Shown: positions 1-6,575, counted from the first letter of the stretch. The stretch: 32,000 nucleotides of DNA from Candidatus Omnitrophota bacterium (GCA_963662715.1 OY759724.1:1380001-1412000), one strand, 5' to 3'. Translations and numbers: made by a program. The notes: a model not told the origin generated them from the letters alone.

Positions 1-1
1 C

Positions 2-904
2 GTTTCCTGGAAGAAACGTTTTTATTCTCTGGGTGTGTTTTTGTTTTTTATGGCCGGCATTGTCGTCTTATTTCATGTGCCTCTTTTTCTTCAGAAAAGC
101 GGACAGTACAGTAATAACTTAACTCGTTTTTTAAGGGTAGGGCTGAAAGATTCCTTTTTAGGGGCAGGGCCATCTTCTTTAATAATAGCGGGACATCATT
201 TGTCTTATACCCTGACTTTCCCCGGCGTTATTATTGCGTGTGCGGGGCTTGTTAAAATATTCCAAAGGAAAAAAGCGATAAGTATCTTCTTGGTGTTATG
301 GATTGCCGTGCCGTTATTGTTTTACGGCAATCATCGGTTCATTATTAACCCTCGTTTTCTGGTTGTTCTTCTGCCCCCTCTTATTATCGGGCAATCGTAT
401 ATCTTGGCTTACTGGGCGAGAAAAAATTCCTTTGTCCGGGGATGTGTTTATGTCTTTTTTTGCGTAATCCTTTTTGCCTGTTTTTCCAGAATATATCCCA
501 ATGTTAAGTTCCGGCATGAAACAGAACTTCTTCCTGATTTTGTTCGCTGGGTGGAGCAAAAGACTGAAGCGGATTCTCGCATTATTGTCGCTGACGAGGC
601 TTTGTTTTTCACATATTACACAAAACAGAAGATCCTTCGCCGTCCCACCCACAACATTAAATTGAGCCCGGAAGAACTAATGCGTTTTAAGAAAACAGTC
701 GACAATTTCATAGAGTCGGGAGTGCCTGTTTATGCGACGTCAGCCTCTATTTTTGCCTATGACAGGGACGAACATTTTTCATCTTTTTTTCTGGAAAATT
801 ATGACGGGGTTTTGATAGGCCAGCATTATTATGAGGACTGGCATTTGGGCTCGTTGAATTCGCAAGTTTATTTTTTTGATCTGTACCGGGTTATCAAGCG
901 TTAG
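2..904 (+). CDS. Polytopic membrane protein, 3' part of a gene running off the left window edge (possibly a GT-C / PMT-ArnT-like glycosyltransferase)
   Basis: The frame of the 35..904 ORF stays open back to nt 2, so the gene is 5'-truncated by the window. It has several hydrophobic helices followed by a soluble C-terminal tail. The layout resembles the C-terminal half of the 595-aa membrane protein at 23960..25747. The function is a guess. Confidence 0.5.
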   Translation, partial: VSWKKRFYSLGVFLFFMAGIVVLFHVPLFLQKSGQYSNNLTRFLRVGLKDSFLGAGPSSLIIAGHHLSYTLTFPGVIIACAGLVKIFQRKKAISIFLVLWIAVPLLFYGNHRFIINPRFLVVLLPPLIIGQSYILAYWARKNSFVRGCVYVFFCVILFACFSRIYPNVKFRHETELLPDFVRWVEQKTEADSRIIVADEALFFTYYTKQKILRRPTHNIKLSPEELMRFKKTVDNFIESGVPVYATSASIFAYDRDEHFSSFFLENYDGVLIGQHYYEDWHLGSLNSQVYFFDLYRVIKR

Positions 905-1211
905 GCGTTGTCCGGACAGCTCCTCTTAAGGAACGGGGGCAAGGAATTCATGAAGAAAGGTTCTTCTTTAGAAGGAAGAGGGGCTTTTGACTCCTGGCCC
1001 ATAAAAAGGTCTAGGTTGTCCTGTCCGTTTGCGGCGTTTTCGGCCATCTTTTTAATATGTTGGTATCGTTTGGGTTAGAAAGATTCCGCTGTCTGTTTAG
1101 AGGTTTTTTACGTGTGCTTTTATCGACAGAAGAAGCCTTTTCCCCCAACTGAACAGAAAGGGGCTTCCTCAGCCCTGTTGGTCCTGTCCCTGTTTGACCG
1201 ACATTGTCACG

Positions 1212-1240
1212 TTGACGGATTTATGGCAGGTTGATAAAAT
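1212..1240 (+). promoter_or_regulatory. Sigma70-like promoter candidate for the 1292..1621 gene
   Basis: TTGACG (1212-1217), a 17-nt spacer, then TAAAAT (1235-1240), about 50 nt upstream of the ATG at 1292. Confidence 0.4.
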
Positions 1241-1291
1241 AACTATTCACGGCTTGAGAAAATATCGCATGTCTGGCTGTGAGGTAAGCAT

Positions 1292-1621
1292 ATGAAGAAC
1301 GGGACGAACATTTTTTGCATTATTTATAACATATTAGGATTTCTCGGGGCGAACGCCTGTGTTTCCAGCGCTTTTTCTGTTTACCGGTCGCGCAGTCTGG
1401 TGATCGGAGAAATGGATATTGTCCAGATCATTACCTATATTATTGCGGTGCTGTTTTTCAGCTCTTCTTTTTTATTGAAGCAAGGAAAAAAAGAAGGGTT
1501 TCTTATCCCTATTCTGCTGCTGGTGTTTTTTATCTGCGGAGGCTTTATTGTTCTGATTCCTTTGCTGGCAGGACATATTCTCTTTTTTACCCGTCCGAAT
1601 ATAAAGATGCATTTTATTTAA
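1292..1621 (+). CDS. Small integral membrane protein (109 aa, about 3 TM helices), unknown function
   Basis: ATG preceded by GAGGT 7 nt upstream. The translation is dominated by hydrophobic helices. I recognise no family. Confidence 0.5.
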   Translation: MKNGTNIFCIIYNILGFLGANACVSSAFSVYRSRSLVIGEMDIVQIITYIIAVLFFSSSFLLKQGKKEGFLIPILLLVFFICGGFIVLIPLLAGHILFFTRPNIKMHFI

Positions 1622-1709
1622 TTTATTGCTGTCTCCATCCTGTCTTTGCTTCCCTGAATTTATAAGGAGTTTCTGTTTTTCGGTATCTTATAGAAGGAGG
1701 GGGGAAAGC

Positions 1710-1886
1710 TTATGAAGGACTGCCCTTTCCCTGAGAACAGGTCCGGGTTTGACACCGGCAGCCATCAGCCTCTTTTTCCGGATCGTTGCAGCAGCCTTTG
1801 TGAAAAGGCTTTTTCGTTAGCAGCACCCCTACCGCCATGCCAACGAGGCACAGGACAAAGATTATTAAAGACAATAAATAGACCAT
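1710..1886 (-). CDS. Candidate small membrane protein with a Cys-rich tail (58 aa, below the ORF-track cutoff)
   Basis: Hand translation of the minus strand gives MVYLLSLIIFVLCLVGMAVGVLLTKKPFHKGCCNDPEKEADGCRCQTRTCSQGKGSPS. That is one clean N-terminal TM helix, a KKP stop-transfer, and 6 Cys in the tail. This layout recalls NqrM/DUF539 or FeoB-associated Cys-rich membrane proteins. Caveats: the SD is weak, and a mirror 58-aa ORF on the + strand (1712..1888) has a strong AAGGAGG, although its protein looks like junk. Confidence 0.35.
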   Translation of the reverse strand: MVYLLSLIIFVLCLVGMAVGVLLTKKPFHKGCCNDPEKEADGCRCQTRTCSQGKGSPS

Positions 1887-1998
1887 AGCTTCAGTATAAG
1901 TATTAAAATTTTTTTTGCAAGCCCTTGTATTTCTCTATGGAGTAACATATGATTATGAAGATGGGTTATTATTCATAATAAAACAGGAGTTCTCTATT

Positions 1999-3237
1999 AT
2001 GCCTAAAAAACAAGTGACGGGGAATACTTCCTCCACCATTTCGCAAAAGGAAGAATTGACGATTCTCAGGCAAATTGTGGATATTACGTCTGCGGAAATG
2101 GATCTTTCCCGCATTTTAAAAGAAGTCGTTCACATCGTAAACCAGGTGATGAAGGCGGATTCGGTCTTTATTTATCTTTTTGACGAGGGCAAAAAGAAAT
2201 TAACTTTAATGGCGTCCAAAATCCCCCATAAAAAGATGCTGGGCCAGATTGTGCTTAAAGTCGGAGAAGGGATTACCGGATGGGTCGCCAAAGAAAATAA
2301 GCCGGTGGCCATCAGTAAAAACGCTTATCAGGATGCGCGTTTTAAAGGTTTCGATGTCCTGAAAGAGGACCAGTATGAAGCCTTTTTGTCCGTTCCGATC
2401 GTGTATAAAGGGAAAGCCATCGGGGTTATCAATGTTCAGCACAAAAAACCGCATCAGTATTCAACGCAGACAGTGAATTTAATACGCACAATCGCCAAAC
2501 AGGTGGGCGGGGTGATTGAGCATGCCATGCTTTATGAGCAGACCAAATTAAAGGCGATGCAGCTGGACAGTTTGGTCAAAGTAAGTCAATCCATTACGTC
2601 GGAGAATTATCTGGATGAAATTTTAAACTTGATTGTTGTTGTAACGGCGGAAATGCTGAATTCCAAAATTTGCTCTATCATGTTGCTGGGTGGCCACAAG
2701 CAGGAGGAACTGGTTATTAAGGCCACGCAGAGCTTAAGCCAGGAGTATAAGCAGAAGCCGAACCTGAAAGTGGACCGGAGCCTTTTGGGTGAAGTTATTA
2801 AACAGAAGCAACCCTTAATGGTCCCGGATGTGCGGGAAGAGCAAAAGTATTTTTACCGCGACTTGGCGGAGAAGGAGAATTTGACATCTATGATCGCCGT
2901 TCCCATGATTGTCAAAGATAAGGCCATCGGCGTCATCAACGTCTACACGAAAAAGCCGCATACCTTTACGGCCGAGGAAACCGGGGTGCTGCAGATGGTG
3001 GCTAACCAGGCGGCTGTGGCCGTGGAGAACACAAACTTGATGCAGGAGGCCTTAAAAGCCAAGGAGGCCCTGGAAACGCGCAAGTTGATCGAGCGAGCTA
3101 AAGGGATCCTGATGCGGTTAAACCATCTTTCTGAACAGGCGGCCTACCGGTTGATTCATAAAAAGAGCATGGATACCTGCCGGTCCATGAAAGAAATTGC
3201 CGAATCGATTATCTTGATGGATGAGCTGCAGGCCTGA
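1999..3237 (+). CDS. GAF-GAF-ANTAR one-component RNA-binding antitermination regulator (412 aa)
   Basis: I moved the start to ATG 1999 (AGGAG 9 nt upstream); the track ORF 1915.. only adds an unlikely extension. There are two GAF-like modules (...GEGITGWVAKENKPVAI...AIGVINVQHKKPH... and ...LLGEVIKQKQPLMVPDV...AIGVINVYTKKPH...). The C-terminus has a classic ANTAR segment: ETRKLIERAKGILMRLNHLSEQAAYRLIHKKSMDTCRSMKEIAESII. Confidence 0.9.
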   Translation: MPKKQVTGNTSSTISQKEELTILRQIVDITSAEMDLSRILKEVVHIVNQVMKADSVFIYLFDEGKKKLTLMASKIPHKKMLGQIVLKVGEGITGWVAKENKPVAISKNAYQDARFKGFDVLKEDQYEAFLSVPIVYKGKAIGVINVQHKKPHQYSTQTVNLIRTIAKQVGGVIEHAMLYEQTKLKAMQLDSLVKVSQSITSENYLDEILNLIVVVTAEMLNSKICSIMLLGGHKQEELVIKATQSLSQEYKQKPNLKVDRSLLGEVIKQKQPLMVPDVREEQKYFYRDLAEKENLTSMIAVPMIVKDKAIGVINVYTKKPHTFTAEETGVLQMVANQAAVAVENTNLMQEALKAKEALETRKLIERAKGILMRLNHLSEQAAYRLIHKKSMDTCRSMKEIAESIILMDELQA

Positions 3238-3341
3238 AGATGAATGTTTGTGTTGATCCCGGTCATTGTCTCTTGAAAAAATTGCCTGGCGTGCATTATC
3301 GACGAGATAAGCCCGCGGATTAAAATCTTTCAATTAATAAC

Positions 3342-3370
3342 TTGACAAAAGGTTTTTCACAGTCTATATT
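3342..3370 (+). promoter_or_regulatory. Sigma70-like promoter of the porin-amt-glnK operon
   Basis: TTGACA (3342-3347), a 17-nt spacer, then TATATT (3365-3370), with AT-rich sequence upstream. It is nearly the same promoter as the one at 6624..6652 (shared AACTTGACAAA...TTTTTCA...TATAyT). Confidence 0.6.
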
Positions 3371-3373
3371 TGA

Positions 3374-3415
3374 AATAGACCATTGACGGTTTATTATAAC
3401 GGGCATCGAAGTCCG
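3374..3415 (+). promoter_or_regulatory. Candidate ANTAR-target dual hexaloop hairpins (leader 1, module 1)
   Basis: P1 is AGACC[AUUGAC]GGUUU at 3377-3392 and is extendable to 8 bp over 3374-3395. P2 is CGGGC[AUCGAA]GUCCG at 3400-3415. Both loops are 6 nt with A at position 1 and G at position 4. The 3' arm of P2 is the start of the terminator stem at 3411. Confidence 0.5.
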
Positions 3416-3442
3416 GATTCTTAGGTGAGTCCGGGCTTTTTT
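3411..3442 (+). terminator. Intrinsic terminator 1 in leader 1
   Basis: A 10-bp stem GUCCGGAUUC / GAGUCCGGGC (two G-U pairs) with loop UUAGGU, followed by UUUUUU (3437-3442). Confidence 0.65.
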
Positions 3443-3453
3443 GTTTATGCTAT

Positions 3454-3467
3454 GGGCGTTGAAGTCC
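3454..3467 (+). promoter_or_regulatory. GGGC-hexaloop-GUCC hairpin (leader 1, module 2)
   Basis: GGGC[GUUGAA]GUCC. Its last loop base and its 3' arm are the first 5 nt of the terminator stem that starts at 3463. Confidence 0.45.
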
Positions 3468-3505
3468 TCTTCAAGGCAGAAATTCTGCGGAAGAGGACTT
3501 TTTTT
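3463..3505 (+). terminator. Intrinsic terminator 2 in leader 1
   Basis: A perfect 10-bp stem AGUCCUCUUC (3463-3472) / GAAGAGGACU (3490-3499) with an inner 5-bp stem GCAGA/UCUGC, followed by UUUUUU (3500-3505). Confidence 0.7.
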
Positions 3506-3522
3506 GTTTTCCCAGGCAAAGT

Positions 3523-3536
3523 GGGCGACGGGGTCC
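3523..3536 (+). promoter_or_regulatory. Fifth GGGC-hexaloop-GUCC hairpin, between terminator 2 and the porin start
   Basis: GGGC[GACGGG]GUCC. Its 3' side can alternatively pair as GGGUCCAG (3531-3538) / UUGGGCCC (3557-3564). No U-tract follows, so this copy is not attached to a terminator. Confidence 0.35.
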
Positions 3537-3615
3537 AGAACGAGCACAGGCCGCTCTTGGGCCCGCAGACAGGGCAGAGTTGAGGCATAAAATTGACTAA
3601 CATGAAGGAGTAAAG

Positions 3616-4383
3616 ATGAATCGTAAAATTTTAACCCTGACATTCGCCTTATGTGTGCTTGTTCTGTCCGGCCTCGCACCGCAAGCGGAAAGCAAAACCC
3701 TTGTCGGAGATGCGTTAACAGAAAATGGCATCGAAATAGAGCTCAGCGGCAGCACGGATTTTTATTCCAAATATATCTGGCGGGGATTCCGTTTAGATGA
3801 TGACTATGTCTGGCAGCCGGGATTCAGCGTAAGCGGTTACGGATTTGAGGTCAATGTCTGGGGAAGCTTTGACACGGACCAAAACGACGGATTAAGTTCG
3901 GATGAAATTGACACAACAGTCAGTTACAGCCGTGATTTTGAAGACCTGTCTTTGTCCATCGGACACATTTACTATGATTTCCCCTCCGCCGGCACTTTCA
4001 GCAAGGAAATTTTTCTCGGTTTTGCTTATGACACCTTGCTTGCACCCTCGCTGACCTGGTATCACGATTACAGCCGGGAAAGTCAGGGGGGCGGACACGG
4101 TGATTATTTTGTCTTGGATCTCGGACACAGCCTGGAGCTTAATGAAGACTATGGCGTGACTTTGGATCTTGCCGGTCATGTCGGATACAACCGCCGCCTT
4201 TTCATTAACGGGGAAGGCGGGGATGTGGCTTTCAGTGTGGGGCTGACGCTGCCTTTGACGGAAAGTTTAACCATGACGCCCAGTTTGAATTACAGCATAC
4301 CTTACGGCGACCTGGAAGATTCTGGAGACGGTAATCAGGAAGACGAGTTTTACTGGGGTATCGGGTTAAGTTATAGTTTCTAA
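3616..4383 (+). CDS. TorF / Gcw_chp (TIGR02001-like) outer-membrane beta-barrel protein, putative porin
   Basis: AAGGAG SD. Signal peptide MNRKILTLTFALCVLVLSGLAPQAES. An N-terminal ...SKYIWRGFRL...QPGFSVS..GFEVNVWGS... pattern matches my memory of the family signature (SdYvfRG...Q.g......Gf..g.W.S). It has alternating beta-strand character and a C-terminal ...GLSYSF aromatic OMP terminus. Confidence 0.7.
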   Translation: MNRKILTLTFALCVLVLSGLAPQAESKTLVGDALTENGIEIELSGSTDFYSKYIWRGFRLDDDYVWQPGFSVSGYGFEVNVWGSFDTDQNDGLSSDEIDTTVSYSRDFEDLSLSIGHIYYDFPSAGTFSKEIFLGFAYDTLLAPSLTWYHDYSRESQGGGHGDYFVLDLGHSLELNEDYGVTLDLAGHVGYNRRLFINGEGGDVAFSVGLTLPLTESLTMTPSLNYSIPYGDLEDSGDGNQEDEFYWGIGLSYSF

Positions 4384-4439
4384 AAGAATAAAGACCTGGG
4401 ATCTGACAGCGGACGGCTTCAGATCGGAAGGAGGATAAG

Positions 4440-5828
4440 ATGTTAATAAAATTGTTAAAGAATATGCCGATGCTTGTTTTTTTGCTGAGCATGGGATTGC
4501 TGCTTTGTGCCAGCCCTGGTTTGGCTGAAGAGCCGACCGTGGCAGGGAATGCGGAAGCCATTGCGGAAAAAGGCGTGGCTTTGGACACGGTGTGGACATT
4601 GTTGGCCGGTATTCTGGTTATGTTCATGCAGGCGGGTTTTGCTATGGTCGAGACGGGTTTTACCCGGGCGAAGAACGCCTGTAATATCATGATGAAAAAC
4701 TTGTTGGATTTTGCTGTCGGTTCGATCGTGTATTGGGCCGTAGGTTTCGGGATTATGTTCGGGGCCGGGAACTTGTTCTTTGGATCAAGCGGCTTTTTCC
4801 TGATGGATTCAGGGGCGACCTTTGCGTCCTTAGACTGGAGTACGGTGCCTCTTTATTGTAAATATTTCTTCCAGATGGTTTTTGCCGCTACGGCAGCGAC
4901 CATTGTTTCCGGGGCGATGGCCGAACGGACAAAATTTCAGGCCTACCTTCTTTTCAGTGTGGTTATCAGCGCTCTTATTTATCCGGTTGTCGGTCACTGG
5001 ATATGGGGCGGCGGCTGGTTAGCGGAAATGGGAATGTGGGATTTTGCCGGTTCAACGGTTGTCCATTCAACCGGAGCCTGGGTGGCCTTGACGGGGGCTA
5101 TTTTGTTAGGGCCCCGGGTCGGAAAATATAATCCGGATGGCTCATCCAATGCGATTCCCGGTCACAGCATCCCCTTAGCTTCTTTAGGTGTTTTTATCCT
5201 TTGGTTTGGCTGGTACGGTTTTAATCCGGGCAGCACCATGGGCGCTGTTCCGGAGATAGCGCATATCGCGACAACGACAACGTTAGCCGCCGCTGCCGGT
5301 GTTATTTCGGCCATGTATATGGCGTGGATCATGTTTTCCAAACCGGATATTTCCATGGCTTTAAACGGCGGTTTGGCAGGTTTGGTCGGCATTACGGCCG
5401 GATGTGCTTTTGTTTCACCGTTGAGCGCCGTGATCATCGGCCTTATTGCCGGCATCCTGGTGGTTCTGGCTGTTGTTATGTTTGATAAAGTTTTTCATAT
5501 TGATGATCCTGTCGGTGCCGTATCTGTCCACGGCGTCTGCGGGGCCTGGGGCACGATTGCTGTCGGTTTGTTTGCCCAGGATGTTTTTGCCCCGGGGACA
5601 ACGGGCAATGGTCTGTTCTTTGGCGGCGGAAGCAAACTGCTTATGTCTCAGATCGCAGGGGTTGCTTCGGTTATGGTCTGGTGTTTTGTGACCGGATTTA
5701 TCCTTTTCTCGGTGATTAAAGCAACGGTCGGATTGCGGGTCAGCAAGGAAGAAGAACTGAGAGGTCTGGATATAGACGAACACGGGATGGAAGCTTACTC
5801 CGGGTTCCAGATTTTCACGACAGAATAA
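4440..5828 (+). CDS. amt: Ammonium transporter (Amt family), copy 1
   Basis: GGAAGGAGG SD and a signal-like N-terminus. Amt hallmarks are present: DTVWTLLAGILVMFMQAGFAMVETG, YPVVGHWIWGGGWL, FAGSTVVH, NPGS, DDPVGAVSVHG. Confidence 0.95.
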   Translation: MLIKLLKNMPMLVFLLSMGLLLCASPGLAEEPTVAGNAEAIAEKGVALDTVWTLLAGILVMFMQAGFAMVETGFTRAKNACNIMMKNLLDFAVGSIVYWAVGFGIMFGAGNLFFGSSGFFLMDSGATFASLDWSTVPLYCKYFFQMVFAATAATIVSGAMAERTKFQAYLLFSVVISALIYPVVGHWIWGGGWLAEMGMWDFAGSTVVHSTGAWVALTGAILLGPRVGKYNPDGSSNAIPGHSIPLASLGVFILWFGWYGFNPGSTMGAVPEIAHIATTTTLAAAAGVISAMYMAWIMFSKPDISMALNGGLAGLVGITAGCAFVSPLSAVIIGLIAGILVVLAVVMFDKVFHIDDPVGAVSVHGVCGAWGTIAVGLFAQDVFAPGTTGNGLFFGGGSKLLMSQIAGVASVMVWCFVTGFILFSVIKATVGLRVSKEEELRGLDIDEHGMEAYSGFQIFTTE

Positions 5829-5873
5829 ACATCGGGATATTTGGGCTGCTGTTTGAATATCAAGGAGGTACAT

Positions 5874-6029
5874 ATGCGACATAAACCAAGGAATAGATTA
5901 TACGTTCGGATGTCACCTCAAGCGTTAAGAGCTAGAAAGGAAAATCAGCACGAGCTGTTTGTTCTTGTCCCAGTGAAAAACAAGCGGCACATATATATAG
6001 GCAAAAAATACTTTTCTCATTTTAACTAG
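5874..6029 (+). CDS. Candidate 51-aa very basic small protein in the amt1-glnK1 spacer
   Basis: ATG 5874 lies 5 nt after a strong AAGGAGG (5862-5868). Translation: MRHKPRNRLYVRMSPQALRARKENQHELFVLVPVKNKRHIYIGKKYFSHFN (7 Arg, 6 Lys, 2 acidic). Caveats: it uses AGA/AGG/ATA codons, has no recognisable family, and could be non-coding. Confidence 0.3.
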   Translation: MRHKPRNRLYVRMSPQALRARKENQHELFVLVPVKNKRHIYIGKKYFSHFN

Positions 6030-6098
6030 GAAATGCCTCTTCGGCAGGATCTTATTAAATTAGGGATCAGATATTTGATATTAAAGGAGGGGATTCTC

Positions 6099-6440
6099 AT
6101 GAAATTGATAATTGCAATGGTACAGCCGCATAAGCTGCCTGATGTCAAGAAGGAGCTTTTTGATGCGGATGTTCATAAAATGACTGTTACGAATGTTGTG
6201 GGGTGTGGGCAACAGAAAGGGTTCAGCGAAACCTATCGGGGCGTTGTCCACGAAGTGAATCTTTTGAAGAAAGTCCGGCTGGAAATTGCCGTGAACGAAG
6301 ATTTTGTCAAGCCTACGATTGCTGCTATTATCCGCGGAGCGAAATCCGGCAAGATCGGAGACGGCAAAATTTTTGTCCTTGATCTTCCGGAATGTATCAG
6401 GATTCGTACCGGCGAGAAAGGCAATGACGCCATCGGCTGA
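6099..6440 (+). CDS. glnK: PII nitrogen regulatory protein (GlnK type, amt-linked), copy 1
   Basis: The start is set at ATG 6099 (AGGAGG upstream); the track ORF 6033.. is an upstream extension. The protein is 113 aa and aligns without gaps to canonical PII (MTVT, GxGxQKG, YRG, KVxxE, GDGKIF, RIRTGE). Confidence 0.95.
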   Translation: MKLIIAMVQPHKLPDVKKELFDADVHKMTVTNVVGCGQQKGFSETYRGVVHEVNLLKKVRLEIAVNEDFVKPTIAAIIRGAKSGKIGDGKIFVLDLPECIRIRTGEKGNDAIG

Positions 6441-6488
6441 CGTCCTTTGGTAAGGAGGGACACCGGCCTAGGTCAAAATGATATTCCC

Positions 6489-6575
6489 TATGGCCCCGTT
6501 GAGAGGCACAGAGCTTCCCCTCCGTGAAACATTCCTGAGATTATATCTTGGGAGAAATCTCTTAACGGGGCCATA
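6489..6575 (+). other. 87-nt extended hairpin / long inverted repeat downstream of glnK1
   Basis: 6489-6506 pairs with 6558-6575 over 18 consecutive bp (16 Watson-Crick plus 2 G-U; the core is ATGGCCCCGTT / AACGGGGCCAT). It encloses 51 nt with further small stems. There is no clean U-tract after it. Confidence 0.45.

Noticed and set aside
909-918. Perfect 10-bp palindrome TGTCCGGACA after the first gene
   Set aside because: It is too short and isolated to call an operator or terminator. No U-tract and no partner site are present.
1018-1189. Direct repeat GTCCTGTCC at 1018-1026 and 1181-1189
   Set aside because: It is only a 9-mer. Repeats of this length are expected by chance many times in 32 kb, and not improbably within a 388-nt spacer.
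1712-1888. Plus-strand 58-aa ORF with AAGGAGG
   Set aside because: I did not list it as a feature because the product, MKDCPFPENRSGFDTGSHQPLFPDRCSS..., has no structure-like features, while the mirror minus-strand product does. The question remains open and is flagged in the findings.
3320-3679. 119-aa minus-strand ORF across the regulator-porin intergenic region
   Set aside because: It covers the promoter, two terminators and the porin start. The translation is featureless, and the region is better explained as the leader RNA.
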